From: an uncultured Lachnospiraceae bacterium
GTDB taxonomy: Bacteria; Bacillota; Clostridia; Lachnospirales; Lachnospiraceae
Reading direction: 5' to 3'
DNA length: 64,000 nt
NCBI GenBank assembly: GCA_945609985.1
Contig: CALYZQ010000002.1
Span: 7,657 to 71,656 of the forward strand
Numbering within the stretch: the first letter of the stretch is position 1; every line of letters starts with the position of its first letter. A model generated the notes under the pieces. It worked only from the letters and a program-made list of their open reading frames with translations, was not told the DNA's origin and searched no databases. Below are positions 52,961 to 61,686 of this stretch, in pieces. Position numbers and translations under genes: made by a program.

Positions 52961-54325
52961 TTAATGCATATTCGTTACTGTAAGATCCATATCCGCAAAA
53001 AATTCCTCTGCTTCCCTCTGCATCAAAGCTGCCGTTTCTTCCTCTGTCTGTGTTCCATTCAGATACCCATCCAGAGCATTCAACACTCTCCGATACGCCA
53101 GTTCTTCCATGTAACAATTTGTAAAAACCAGATTATCCAGCATATCCCGCACCTGTTTTTCCTGTTCCTCCGTCATGCTGGGATTACCATAAAGTTCTCC
53201 ATAAAGCTCAAATGCATGCCTGCCTTCTCTTGCATTCTTTTCCAGTTCTATATGATAATCCATGGTATCCTTTCTGATGGAATACGCACCGCTGGTTCGC
53301 ATTTCTACCAGATTCTTTACCCGAATATTCTGTGATTCATAGGAAAGAAGATGCTTGATGAAGGATATAGCCCCTTCTTTATTCTCGCAGGCACTATTCA
53401 GATACAGCAATTCCGTATAGGTAGGAATGGACTTCCCCTTCTCCGCCGGAAAACCGATATAAACAATCTCTTCCTCAAAAATCGCCTCATAATAATTCAT
53501 ATCATTTAAAAACAGGAAATCATACCACGCAAAGTCTTCCCCTGTTTTTGCCTTTTTTTCTGACTTATCCGAATAGCTTATGCTGCTTCCGTATTCCTTT
53601 ATAAATTTCAAATAGTCATAAACCTTCTGTTGCATGAAATTACAGGTTTTGTTTTCCCAATCAATAATGTCCGTGCCTGTTTTATCATACAACATACCAT
53701 TTACCAACAATTGCCAGTCAGGAACATTGGCAGCCACGTTCTTTGCACCACTTGCCCTTACCCATTCCATCATCTGTTCCCGGTTCCAGGTATCTAAACC
53801 GTTACATCGCTCCTTCGTGGTTACCAAAATATAGCCTGTCCACTCATAAGGAATACCGTACAGGGCCTCCTCATATGTTCCCGTATCAAATACTCCCGGA
53901 AAGAAGTTCTTCTCTATTTCCTCCTCCGAAAACACTTCGCCCCAGGGCTGTACATATTGCTTTTGAATAGCTGTAATATTATTTATTAGCATGCCGTCAA
54001 TAATATCCGGCCCCTTTCCCGATTCCATATCCTTTATGATGCTATCTCTAAATGCATTCATATCGTCCTTGTTAGTCATTACAGTGACAACATACTCTTC
54101 ACTTGAAGCATTAAAGTTTTCAATGATTTCATTGTATTTTTGGGCGACCCAATAATCCAGCGCTATGGTAATCTCCTGCTTTTGTTTGGTTTGCGTCACC
54201 TTGGGGACATTTTTCTTAACCTCCATATCGACGCCATCCGGTCTCTGATTCGATATTTCTCGTCCACACCCGATTAATAAAATACAACTTAATAATTAAA
54301 GTATCTTTACAATTATTTTCTTCAT
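52961..54325 (-). pseudogene. Orphan SBP-like lipoprotein with in-frame TAA at codon 10 (54296-54298)
   Basis: MKKIIVKIL*LLSCILLIGCG..DMEVKK in frame with ORF 52961-54226; AAGGGA RBS; paralogue of 37786. Confidence 0.82.
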
Positions 54326-54438
54326 GTCAATTCCCTTCATACCGCTTCCCTCCGCTGCTTACTATTTTAGTACGCCTATATCATAGCAAACAATTCTTAC
54401 AAAACAATTGACATTTTTCTTACAAATTTCTTACAATT

Positions 54439-54473
54439 AAAAAAAACCGGATAGTTTTCATAGACTATCCGGT
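54439..54473 (-). terminator. Terminator after 754-aa lipoprotein gene
   Basis: accggatagt / actatccggt stem plus T-run on minus strand. Confidence 0.75.
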
Positions 54474-54498
54474 AATAGTTGAACTACCCTCTTTTTAC

Positions 54499-56763
54499 TT
54501 ATTTCTGCTCATCCAAATATAATTGTACACGGTTTTGAATAACCTTAACCGTCTCCTCTGCAGTTTTTTCCCCATAAAAATACGGCATGCATTCTTCAAA
54601 AATCATCTCTTTTATTTTATCATACCTGCTATCGCAAGCTACACTCTTACTTATCAGCTCCTCTGCCTTCAAATATGCATCATACTCTTTTTCATACTCA
54701 AAATCGTTCTGTTCCATATCATTTCGCAAAGGAATACTACTTTCGTTCAAAATTTTCTGCATCTTTTTACTTAATATATTTTCCAAATACTCCTGTACCG
54801 CTTCCCTGCTCTTACAATTCTTATTTACCACCAGCATACCCTGACATGTCAAATAATTTCCAGTCCCTCTCTCGCTCGGATACCCCACTGTGTGCATATT
54901 GTCGCCGTGTTCCAAGTACCAATGTGTAAGAGATTTCATATCACAATCTGCAGCAATAAATCCTATATACTCTCCGTTATTTATCATGTCAGCCATTGAA
55001 TCCAAGTTATAATTGATTGGTGTCTCTGCATACTTCATACATATTTCCAACACTTTTATAAACTCCGGCGAATCAAACCGACAGATACCATTATCCAAAT
55101 CCACAAAATCCGAGCCGGCCAGTCCGTCACCCGCCAATGCCTGTAACATAGAAATAACATTCGCAGGAGCATGTCCATGAGTTAATAAATACTCCTTCTG
55201 CCATGCATCCACCAATTCAAGTACATCCTTAATCGTCCATGAATCTCCCTCCCATATATGATTATTCACAAACAAAGTCGACACCTCTACCCCCATGGGA
55301 ATACCCCACAGCATGTCTTCCTTTTCACCCATAGTCATAATATTAGTTCGCAACTTATTCAGTAAATCCTCAGGTAAAAACTCTCTGATATCTGCCAGCA
55401 ATCCTTTTTCCTGCAAAATCCGCATATCCTCTTCACTTACAAACAGGACATCCGCTCCTTCTCCTGCCACCATATCTGCAATCATACGATTTCGATAATC
55501 CTCTTGTGCGGCATCCGTCTTGGTATATTCCACATGATACTGTTCCATTTCCCTGCTGACCCTTGCCGTGACAGACTTTAAATCCAGATCATTATTCTCC
55601 ATAAGACCTGTGACTTTCAACTGCTCCTTAGGTGTCAGCTCCTTAGCAAGGATAGCAAGATACTGTTCCCTATACCCATCTTTCATAAAGAGCAGTCTTC
55701 CATCAGAACATACACTCATCTGATAATCCAAGCTGCTATCTGTGATTCTGTCTATCTGATTTGCTCCAAGCTGTTCCAAGGAAAGTATCTTTTTGCGTTC
55801 TCCTGTTTCCAAATTCCACTGCGTCACCCTGTCTCCGCTCAAATAATACAGATAGTTGTGATAAAACCCGAGCAGCTGTTTTATGCTCTCTTTCTCAGGT
55901 GCAGACATCTGACGAAACTCTTTATTTTCCTTATCAAACCACAAGATACTGTTGCCACTCTCTTTTCTTTTTAGCAGGAAGGAATATTCTCCCTTTTCAT
56001 CCAATGCAGGAGTTTGAATCGTACCACTGTATTGAGATGTATCTGCAATCACATTCCCTTCCGTATCTATTACATGAAGAACATTTAACTGATTATCCTG
56101 CTCCAATACATACAGAAAGCCATCTCTATCACAAAAATAATTTCCCACAAGCATTCCGTCTTTCAGCATTCCGGACTGTAAAAAAGCCTCTGTTACATCA
56201 AACTGTTTTACGCATACTCCGGTCTCATCCAATATCAATGCCTCACAACCGGTAATGATTTTCTTATCCTCCAGAGCTTCCTTGGTAACCAACAACACTA
56301 CCGACCTTCCGTCCGGCAGCATCTGTGCATTCATCAGTTCTTGTCCTTCCTCATGATGAAGGCTGGTCACAAAGGTTTCCGAACTGTCCGGTGTCATTTT
56401 GTGTAGATGGAACGCTAAGTCTGTCTTGTCGTGGGCATGCTCCAGACAGACGGAATACACCGTATCTCCTACAAGCATTGCGGAGCCTCCTACTACATTC
56501 TTTTGTTCCTCCCAATCCACGCTTTCATCATGGTAAAACAAACGGAAGCCGTCCACCTGAAGGATTTGTGCCTCCGACAGTTGTTCATCGCATTTCCACT
56601 CAGATTGTCTTACATCAAACTGATCTGACACCTGCATGATGGTAGTATTGGACTGCTCCGCTTGTGCAGGGTTTGCGGGTTCACCGCAGCCGATTAAACC
56701 AAACAAGATGGCTGATGTAGTTAATATGTATTTGATTTTGGAAAATAAAGAAATTTTCGTCAT
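54499..56763 (-). CDS. 754-aa lipoprotein: putative beta-propeller plus SBP domain
   Basis: Lipobox LIGC; colinear paralogue of 42613-44877; IQNRVQLYLDEQK. Confidence 0.85.
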   Translation of the reverse strand: MTKISLFSKIKYILTTSAILFGLIGCGEPANPAQAEQSNTTIMQVSDQFDVRQSEWKCDEQLSEAQILQVDGFRLFYHDESVDWEEQKNVVGGSAMLVGDTVYSVCLEHAHDKTDLAFHLHKMTPDSSETFVTSLHHEEGQELMNAQMLPDGRSVVLLVTKEALEDKKIITGCEALILDETGVCVKQFDVTEAFLQSGMLKDGMLVGNYFCDRDGFLYVLEQDNQLNVLHVIDTEGNVIADTSQYSGTIQTPALDEKGEYSFLLKRKESGNSILWFDKENKEFRQMSAPEKESIKQLLGFYHNYLYYLSGDRVTQWNLETGERKKILSLEQLGANQIDRITDSSLDYQMSVCSDGRLLFMKDGYREQYLAILAKELTPKEQLKVTGLMENNDLDLKSVTARVSREMEQYHVEYTKTDAAQEDYRNRMIADMVAGEGADVLFVSEEDMRILQEKGLLADIREFLPEDLLNKLRTNIMTMGEKEDMLWGIPMGVEVSTLFVNNHIWEGDSWTIKDVLELVDAWQKEYLLTHGHAPANVISMLQALAGDGLAGSDFVDLDNGICRFDSPEFIKVLEICMKYAETPINYNLDSMADMINNGEYIGFIAADCDMKSLTHWYLEHGDNMHTVGYPSERGTGNYLTCQGMLVVNKNCKSREAVQEYLENILSKKMQKILNESSIPLRNDMEQNDFEYEKEYDAYLKAEELISKSVACDSRYDKIKEMIFEECMPYFYGEKTAEETVKVIQNRVQLYLDEQK

Positions 56764-56799
56764 AATCTTTCACCTGATTTTATTTTCGTCTTATTACAA

Positions 56800-57129
56800 T
56801 TATTTCTGTCCCAGTATTTCTTTGCATACAGCAGATGAATGCGTTTGAACAATATCCTCCACCCACTGTTTCTCTATATAATTGCATTTAGTACAGTAAT
56901 TGGCTATCCTTACCACATCGTGGTACCTTGTACATACATTATTACAGCACTCACATATAACATGGGTGTCAGTGTAATGCCCCACTACTGATACCATCTC
57001 AACAAAATTATGTTCACAAGACCATGGATTCACTGCCGCCTCAGCCTTCAGACTAGAGCCATTAATTACCGCAACACAGCATGCCATACAGCATGCAAAA
57101 ATCTTTAAAGAACGTTTTAATCTTTTCAT
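56800..57129 (-). CDS. Small secreted Cys/His-rich protein (copy C)
   Basis: AGGAG RBS, leader MKRLKRSLKIF as in copy A, same Cys/His skeleton. Confidence 0.85.
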   Translation of the reverse strand: MKRLKRSLKIFACCMACCVAVINGSSLKAEAAVNPWSCEHNFVEMVSVVGHYTDTHVICECCNNVCTRYHDVVRIANYCTKCNYIEKQWVEDIVQTHSSAVCKEILGQK

Positions 57130-57178
57130 TGAAAGATTTCTCCTTGTAAAATAATATTATCAATTATTCAGTTGTAAT

Positions 57179-57232
57179 CGTTCTGCGCATCACGACACCC
57201 CAAGTTTATACAATTGTCTTTAGCATTGTCAA
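57179..57232 (-). promoter_or_regulatory. Promoter plus operator for Cys/His gene C
   Basis: TTGACA-N16-TATAAA then CGT-N2-TGCGCA-N2-ACG. Confidence 0.75.
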
Positions 57233-57306
57233 CCGTTATTCCCAATGTTTCCAAATTCTCCACATGTTTCCTTCCGCTCAACATTTTTTTGCACAAAATA
57301 TTCCAA

Positions 57307-57352
57307 GTTGAGCAATTCTCAACTTGATTTTCCATCTGCTCCATAGTAAAAT
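57307..57352 (+). promoter_or_regulatory. Xre promoter with palindrome (second copy)
   Basis: GTTGAG-N5-CTCAAC then TTGATT-N17-TAAAAT. Confidence 0.7.
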
Positions 57353-57386
57353 TAAGTCATATGTTGTAAAATGAAAGGGAACAATA

Positions 57387-58061
57387 ATGGATAATGCGAA
57401 TTTTGGCAAGCTGATGTCTACATTAAGAAAAAGAAAGGGTATGACTCAACAACAATTGGCTGATGAATTGGGTGTTACTACTTCTGCTGTCAGCAAATAG
57501 GAAAACGGTAAAAATCTTCCCGATACCCCTGTGGTCACACGGATTTGTGAGTTTTTTGACCTCACTCTCGATGAGCTGTTCAATCCGACTGAAACCATTG
57601 AGCGATTGCAAAACGGCACCTTAGAGGCAGCTCCTGAAACTCCCGAAACAACAATAACAGAAGCCGCTCCCGAACCGGAGCCCACTCAAAAGAAATGGTA
57701 TCAGAAAAAGTTTCTTTTACCAATTCTCGGCATACTGATTATACTTGGAGTTGTGATAACATTAGTCATTGTAAATAAAGACAGTGATTCCGAAACACAG
57801 AATTGCAGCCTTTACGGTATACGCACTTGTATCGATACGGAACGCAATGTTCCTGTTTATGAAATGGTCTATCTGTATTCCGGTGCTTTTGACTATTATA
57901 CTGATTCTCCTTTTGTACAGGTCATCTGTAAAGACTGGCTCTCTGATCCTAATGTACCACAGGATATTGATACTCTTAAAATTTCTTTCTATAATGATGA
58001 ATATGCTGCTGCAGAATGGCAAGCTCCATTCAGTTCAATATATTTTTATAGAGAGGATTGA
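57387..58061 (+). pseudogene. Membrane-anchored Xre regulator with TGG>TAG nonsense at 57498-57500
   Basis: AVSK*ENG versus AVSKWENG in the first copy; the rest is colinear and in frame. Confidence 0.88.
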
Positions 58062-58066
58062 CTTTC

Positions 58067-58444
58067 ATGAAAAAAATTAACTTTACCATCCTATGTTTCC
58101 TATTATGTCTTTGCATGTATAATCCCATAACCACACATGCAAAAGAAATAGGTGTCAATCAGTACCTGACAGAAGGCTATACCGCCGAAGGTATTCATTA
58201 CACCATTTATGATGTTCCAACATCTGCAAGCCCTACTGTCATGAGCTTGCAAAGGGCAGCTACACAGATGTATGTTGTTCGAGAAATTCGTTTTGATGGC
58301 AATGTTCAACCACCCAAAACATGGTATTTTGCAGAACGAATTGGTGAACATATATATGCAGGGAGTTTATCGTTAAGCATCGATCAAGTACTCTACGGTA
58401 AAACAATCGCAACCTATAAAGGATACTTATATTTAGTTAATTAG
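58067..58444 (+). CDS. Small secreted protein (second copy)
   Basis: Colinear with 46207-46584. Confidence 0.8.
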   Translation: MKKINFTILCFLLCLCMYNPITTHAKEIGVNQYLTEGYTAEGIHYTIYDVPTSASPTVMSLQRAATQMYVVREIRFDGNVQPPKTWYFAERIGEHIYAGSLSLSIDQVLYGKTIATYKGYLYLVN

Positions 58445-58451
58445 TCCCTTC

Positions 58452-58486
58452 AAAAACCGGCAGCACCCATTCAGGTACTGCCGGTT
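58452..58486. terminator. Bidirectional terminator (second copy)
   Basis: aaccggcag / ctgccggtt IR between convergent genes. Confidence 0.72.
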
Positions 58487-58509
58487 CTATTATTTCCTTA
58501 TATTTCAAT

Positions 58510-59997
58510 CTAAATATGTAAAAACTCTCTTACAACATCCTTCATCTCATCCACATCACACTGCTTGTCGTGAAGCACGGGGGCGGTACGGATTTCCTCG
58601 ATAGCCTGAGGAACCGTTACATTGGCAAGCTTGGAAAGCTCATCTACAAGCTCGAAGTCGCCCATGGTATCATACTTGGTATCGATGGCATTCATAACGC
58701 TTCTGGTGAACTTGAAGGGGCTTGCAGTGGATGCAATCACGGTCTTCGCAGTATCATTAGTATCTGCCTTGTACTTCTCATACACTGCTGCTGCAACTGC
58801 TGTATGGGTATCAATCACATAGCCGCAATCCTCGTAAATCTTCTTGATAGTCTTGGCAGTCTCAGCCTCACTTGCATAGTTGCCGTAGAAGTCAACAAGC
58901 TGTGCCTTCATCTCCTCGGTGATTTCGTACTTACCCTGACCGCTCAGTGCTGCCATCAGTTCCTTATTCTTGTCAGCGTCATTGCCTGCAATGCGGTAAA
59001 TCAAACGCTCTAAGTTACTGGAAATCAGAATATCCATGGAAGGAGAGGTTGTCAGTACAAACTCTCTGTTTCTGTCGTAGGTTCCTGTGCTGAAGAAGTC
59101 GTACAGTACCTTGTTGTCATTGGAAGCACAAATCAGCTTGCCAATGGGAAGTCCCATGTTCTTTGCATAGAAGGCTGCCAGAATATTACCGAAGTTACCG
59201 GTAGGCACTACCACGTTGATGGTCTCGCCCTCACTGATTTTGCCCTCCTTAAGCAGGGTTGCATATGCATATACATAATAGCAAATCTGAGGCACCAGAC
59301 GGCCGATATTGATGGAGTTTGCGGAGGAGAACTGGAAGCCCTTCTCATCCATCTCTTTTGCCAGCTCCTTGTCGGAGAAAATCATCTTTACACCGGTCTG
59401 CGCATCATCAAAGTTGCCGTGAATACCTACTACAAGGGTATTGTCACCCTTCTGGGTTACCATCTGCTTCTCCTGAATGGGGCTTACGCCGTCCTTGGGA
59501 TAGAATACGATGATTCCTGTACCCTCTACTCCTGCAAAGCCTGCCAGTGCTGCCTTACCGGTGTCACCGCTGGTAGCGGTCAGAATCACGATTTTATTCT
59601 GAATCTTATTCTTTCTTGCAGAGGTAATCAAAAGGTGAGGCAGGATGGACAGTGCCATATCCTTAAACGCGATGGTGGAGCCGTGAAACAGCTCTAAATA
59701 GTATGCACCGCATGCCTCAACCATGGGAGCGATTTCCTCTGTGTCAAACTTCTCGTCATATGCCTTCTCAATACAGCTCTTTAACTCTTCCTCGGTAAAG
59801 TCTGTAAGAAACAGCTTCATTACCTCGTAAGCCACCTGCTTGTAATCCATTGCAGCAAGCTCCTTGAGGCTCTTATCAAGGGCAGGAATCTGCGCAGGCA
59901 CAAACAATCCGCCATCATCGGAAAGGCCCTTTAAAATAGCTTCTGATGCCTTTACAGGTTCACTTTTACTTCTGGTACTGTAGTATAAAACTTCCAT
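58510..59997 (-). CDS. thrC: Threonine synthase (copy with native promoter)
   Basis: Same motifs as the 46656 copy; proteins differ at only two residues near the C-terminus. Confidence 0.96.
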   Translation of the reverse strand: MEVLYYSTRSKSEPVKASEAILKGLSDDGGLFVPAQIPALDKSLKELAAMDYKQVAYEVMKLFLTDFTEEELKSCIEKAYDEKFDTEEIAPMVEACGAYYLELFHGSTIAFKDMALSILPHLLITSARKNKIQNKIVILTATSGDTGKAALAGFAGVEGTGIIVFYPKDGVSPIQEKQMVTQKGDNTLVVGIHGNFDDAQTGVKMIFSDKELAKEMDEKGFQFSSANSINIGRLVPQICYYVYAYATLLKEGKISEGETINVVVPTGNFGNILAAFYAKNMGLPIGKLICASNDNKVLYDFFSTGTYDRNREFVLTTSPSMDILISSNLERLIYRIAGNDADKNKELMAALSGQGKYEITEEMKAQLVDFYGNYASEAETAKTIKKIYEDCGYVIDTHTAVAAAVYEKYKADTNDTAKTVIASTASPFKFTRSVMNAIDTKYDTMGDFELVDELSKLANVTVPQAIEEIRTAPVLHDKQCDVDEMKDVVREFLHI

Positions 59998-60061
59998 ATT
60001 ATCTCCCTTCATGTACCCGACAGGCACATTGAATTTACTTGTATGTATTGAAACTTACGAT

Positions 60062-60090
60062 AGTATAGCACAATTTTCCATGATGTGCAA
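60062..60090 (-). promoter_or_regulatory. Sigma-A-type promoter of thrC
   Basis: TTGCAC-N17-TATACT. Confidence 0.65.
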
Positions 60091-60117
60091 TCAGCAAATC
60101 TGATTAAGATTTGCTGA

Positions 60118-60720
60118 TTATTTGAAAAATTCATGTCCTCCATGTCTAAACAGATAGGTCAGACTGGTATCAAACCATCTCATCTTGTTCTGGTTCGCCC
60201 TTCTTCTCGCCGCGAAGAAAAGAGCTCCCTCCGAAATATCCTCTCCATTTAATGCACGCTCCACAGCTCTTATGGTTTCATCAGAAACTTCTACCCGCCA
60301 GATTCTGCCGCTTGCCACCGGTGAAAACTGCGTCACTCTCTCAGAGCGCTGTAGTACCACTTCCTTCACCGTATCCGGAAACTGGTCACTGTTTACCCGA
60401 TTCAGTACTACATTAGCGACTAAAAGTTTACCTTCCTCATCCTCTCCTCCTGCCTCGGCCTCCACAATCCTATGAAGGATGTCCACCTCTTCCTCAGTTA
60501 TATCATAGACAAGCTGTCTTTCCAGCGTACTGCAATCTTCTACCCGCTGTCCGGATGCGGTAATCCTCGCGATACCCATGGTACTGCTTTTCTCCGTGGA
60601 GAGCAGCTTCTGCGTTTTCTGTGCCTGTGCCGTGTTGCTCTGCACACCCACAATACACAAAAACGCAAACAGTATCATCACATATATTATTACTAAGCCG
60701 CCTATCGCTTTTTTATACAT
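60118..60720 (-). CDS. Cell wall hydrolase (SleB/CwlJ Hydrolase_2 family)
   Basis: RIVEAEAGGE, VANVVLNRV, FPDTV, QFSPV, GALFF, GGHEFF. Confidence 0.9.
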   Translation of the reverse strand: MYKKAIGGLVIIYVMILFAFLCIVGVQSNTAQAQKTQKLLSTEKSSTMGIARITASGQRVEDCSTLERQLVYDITEEEVDILHRIVEAEAGGEDEEGKLLVANVVLNRVNSDQFPDTVKEVVLQRSERVTQFSPVASGRIWRVEVSDETIRAVERALNGEDISEGALFFAARRRANQNKMRWFDTSLTYLFRHGGHEFFK

Positions 60721-60831
60721 AATCTTTCCTCCATGCGGGGTTATACCTTTTCAATATATTATTTTATGAGGCTTGTCCGGAAAATATATCTGAATTTGTA
60801 ATTTTTTTCATGCTATGATATACTCTTAACT

Positions 60832-61671
60832 GTGAGGTGCGATATGGAAAAGAAGGATGAATTACAACAAAATCATCTGCCCGGAGTCTTCCCCGCCACA
60901 AAGAAAAGTGGCGAGGTTTATTTTCGTGCGTCCCTTACCTATCGTCAAAAACACATCAGTCTTGGCAGCTTTGCCACAGCTTCCGAAGCACATGCAGCCT
61001 ATTTGGAAGGCACTCGCATTATAAATGAAACGGAACTGGATATACACGATTACCGTAAATCCTCTCCTCTTTCCTTTGAAAAATGGATATGTATTCTCAA
61101 CTTTAGGGATAATGGTATTTACTTTGGCAATCCCATCTACATGGGACAGAGACTGTTTTATTATTACATGTCACCCACTCATATATTGAAATTTGATTTG
61201 GACGACCTTTTCTATTATTCCTCTCACAAAATCATGCAGAGGGGTAACCATTATTTTGTTGCGGATTACGGTATGCAGATCAATATTGCCAGCCGCTACG
61301 GTATCAAAAATTATGCCGTTCCCGGCGTGGATTTTGAATTTTTAAACGGTGATACTACAGATTTTCGCCGTGAAAACCTGGAAATTCTTAACACCTACCA
61401 CGGCGTGCGACAGGATACACACAAAGGAAAGACCGTTTATACTACCCGCATACACCTTAAAGGGAATTATATCGTAGGTCGTTACGATACTGAGACGGAA
61501 GCCGCCATCGCTTACAACAAGGCTGTGGATATCCTAAAGAAAAACGGAGTCACCAAAAATTTTACCACCAACTACATTGAAGATTTATCTCCCCGTGCTT
61601 ATGCAGAAATCTACTCCGAGCTTTCCATCTCCCCCAAAATAGTGAACTTCAAAATGCCCACCACTCAATGA
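60832..61671 (+). CDS. Protein with two AP2-like domains and a degenerate HNH-like segment
   Basis: GV..YFRASL..LGSFATASEAHAAY and YHGV..VGRYDTETEAAIAYN; FLNGDTTDFRRENL between them; start may be 60844. Confidence 0.65.
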   Translation: MRCDMEKKDELQQNHLPGVFPATKKSGEVYFRASLTYRQKHISLGSFATASEAHAAYLEGTRIINETELDIHDYRKSSPLSFEKWICILNFRDNGIYFGNPIYMGQRLFYYYMSPTHILKFDLDDLFYYSSHKIMQRGNHYFVADYGMQINIASRYGIKNYAVPGVDFEFLNGDTTDFRRENLEILNTYHGVRQDTHKGKTVYTTRIHLKGNYIVGRYDTETEAAIAYNKAVDILKKNGVTKNFTTNYIEDLSPRAYAEIYSELSISPKIVNFKMPTTQ

Positions 61672-61686
61672 GTGATGGGCATTCCT

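Noticed and set aside
36510-56763. Ordinary sugar ABC transporter cluster
   Set aside because: No permease, ATPase, glycosidase or LacI/AraC regulator; partners elsewhere in the genome cannot be excluded.
44897-57129. Cys-rich proteins as RiPP precursors (ranthipeptide, sactipeptide, lanthipeptide)
   Set aside because: They have Sec-type signal peptides, are ~110 aa, and no modifying enzyme or peptidase-ABC exporter is in the window.
28032-57500. Stop-codon reassignment explaining the in-frame TAA/TAG
   Set aside because: TAA and TAG end many intact genes here, and the implied residues differ (Tyr, probably Leu, Trp).
36510-60058. Prophage, ICE or diversity-generating retroelement as source of the paralogues
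   Set aside because: No integrase, transposase, reverse transcriptase or att repeats seen, and differences are not adenine-specific.
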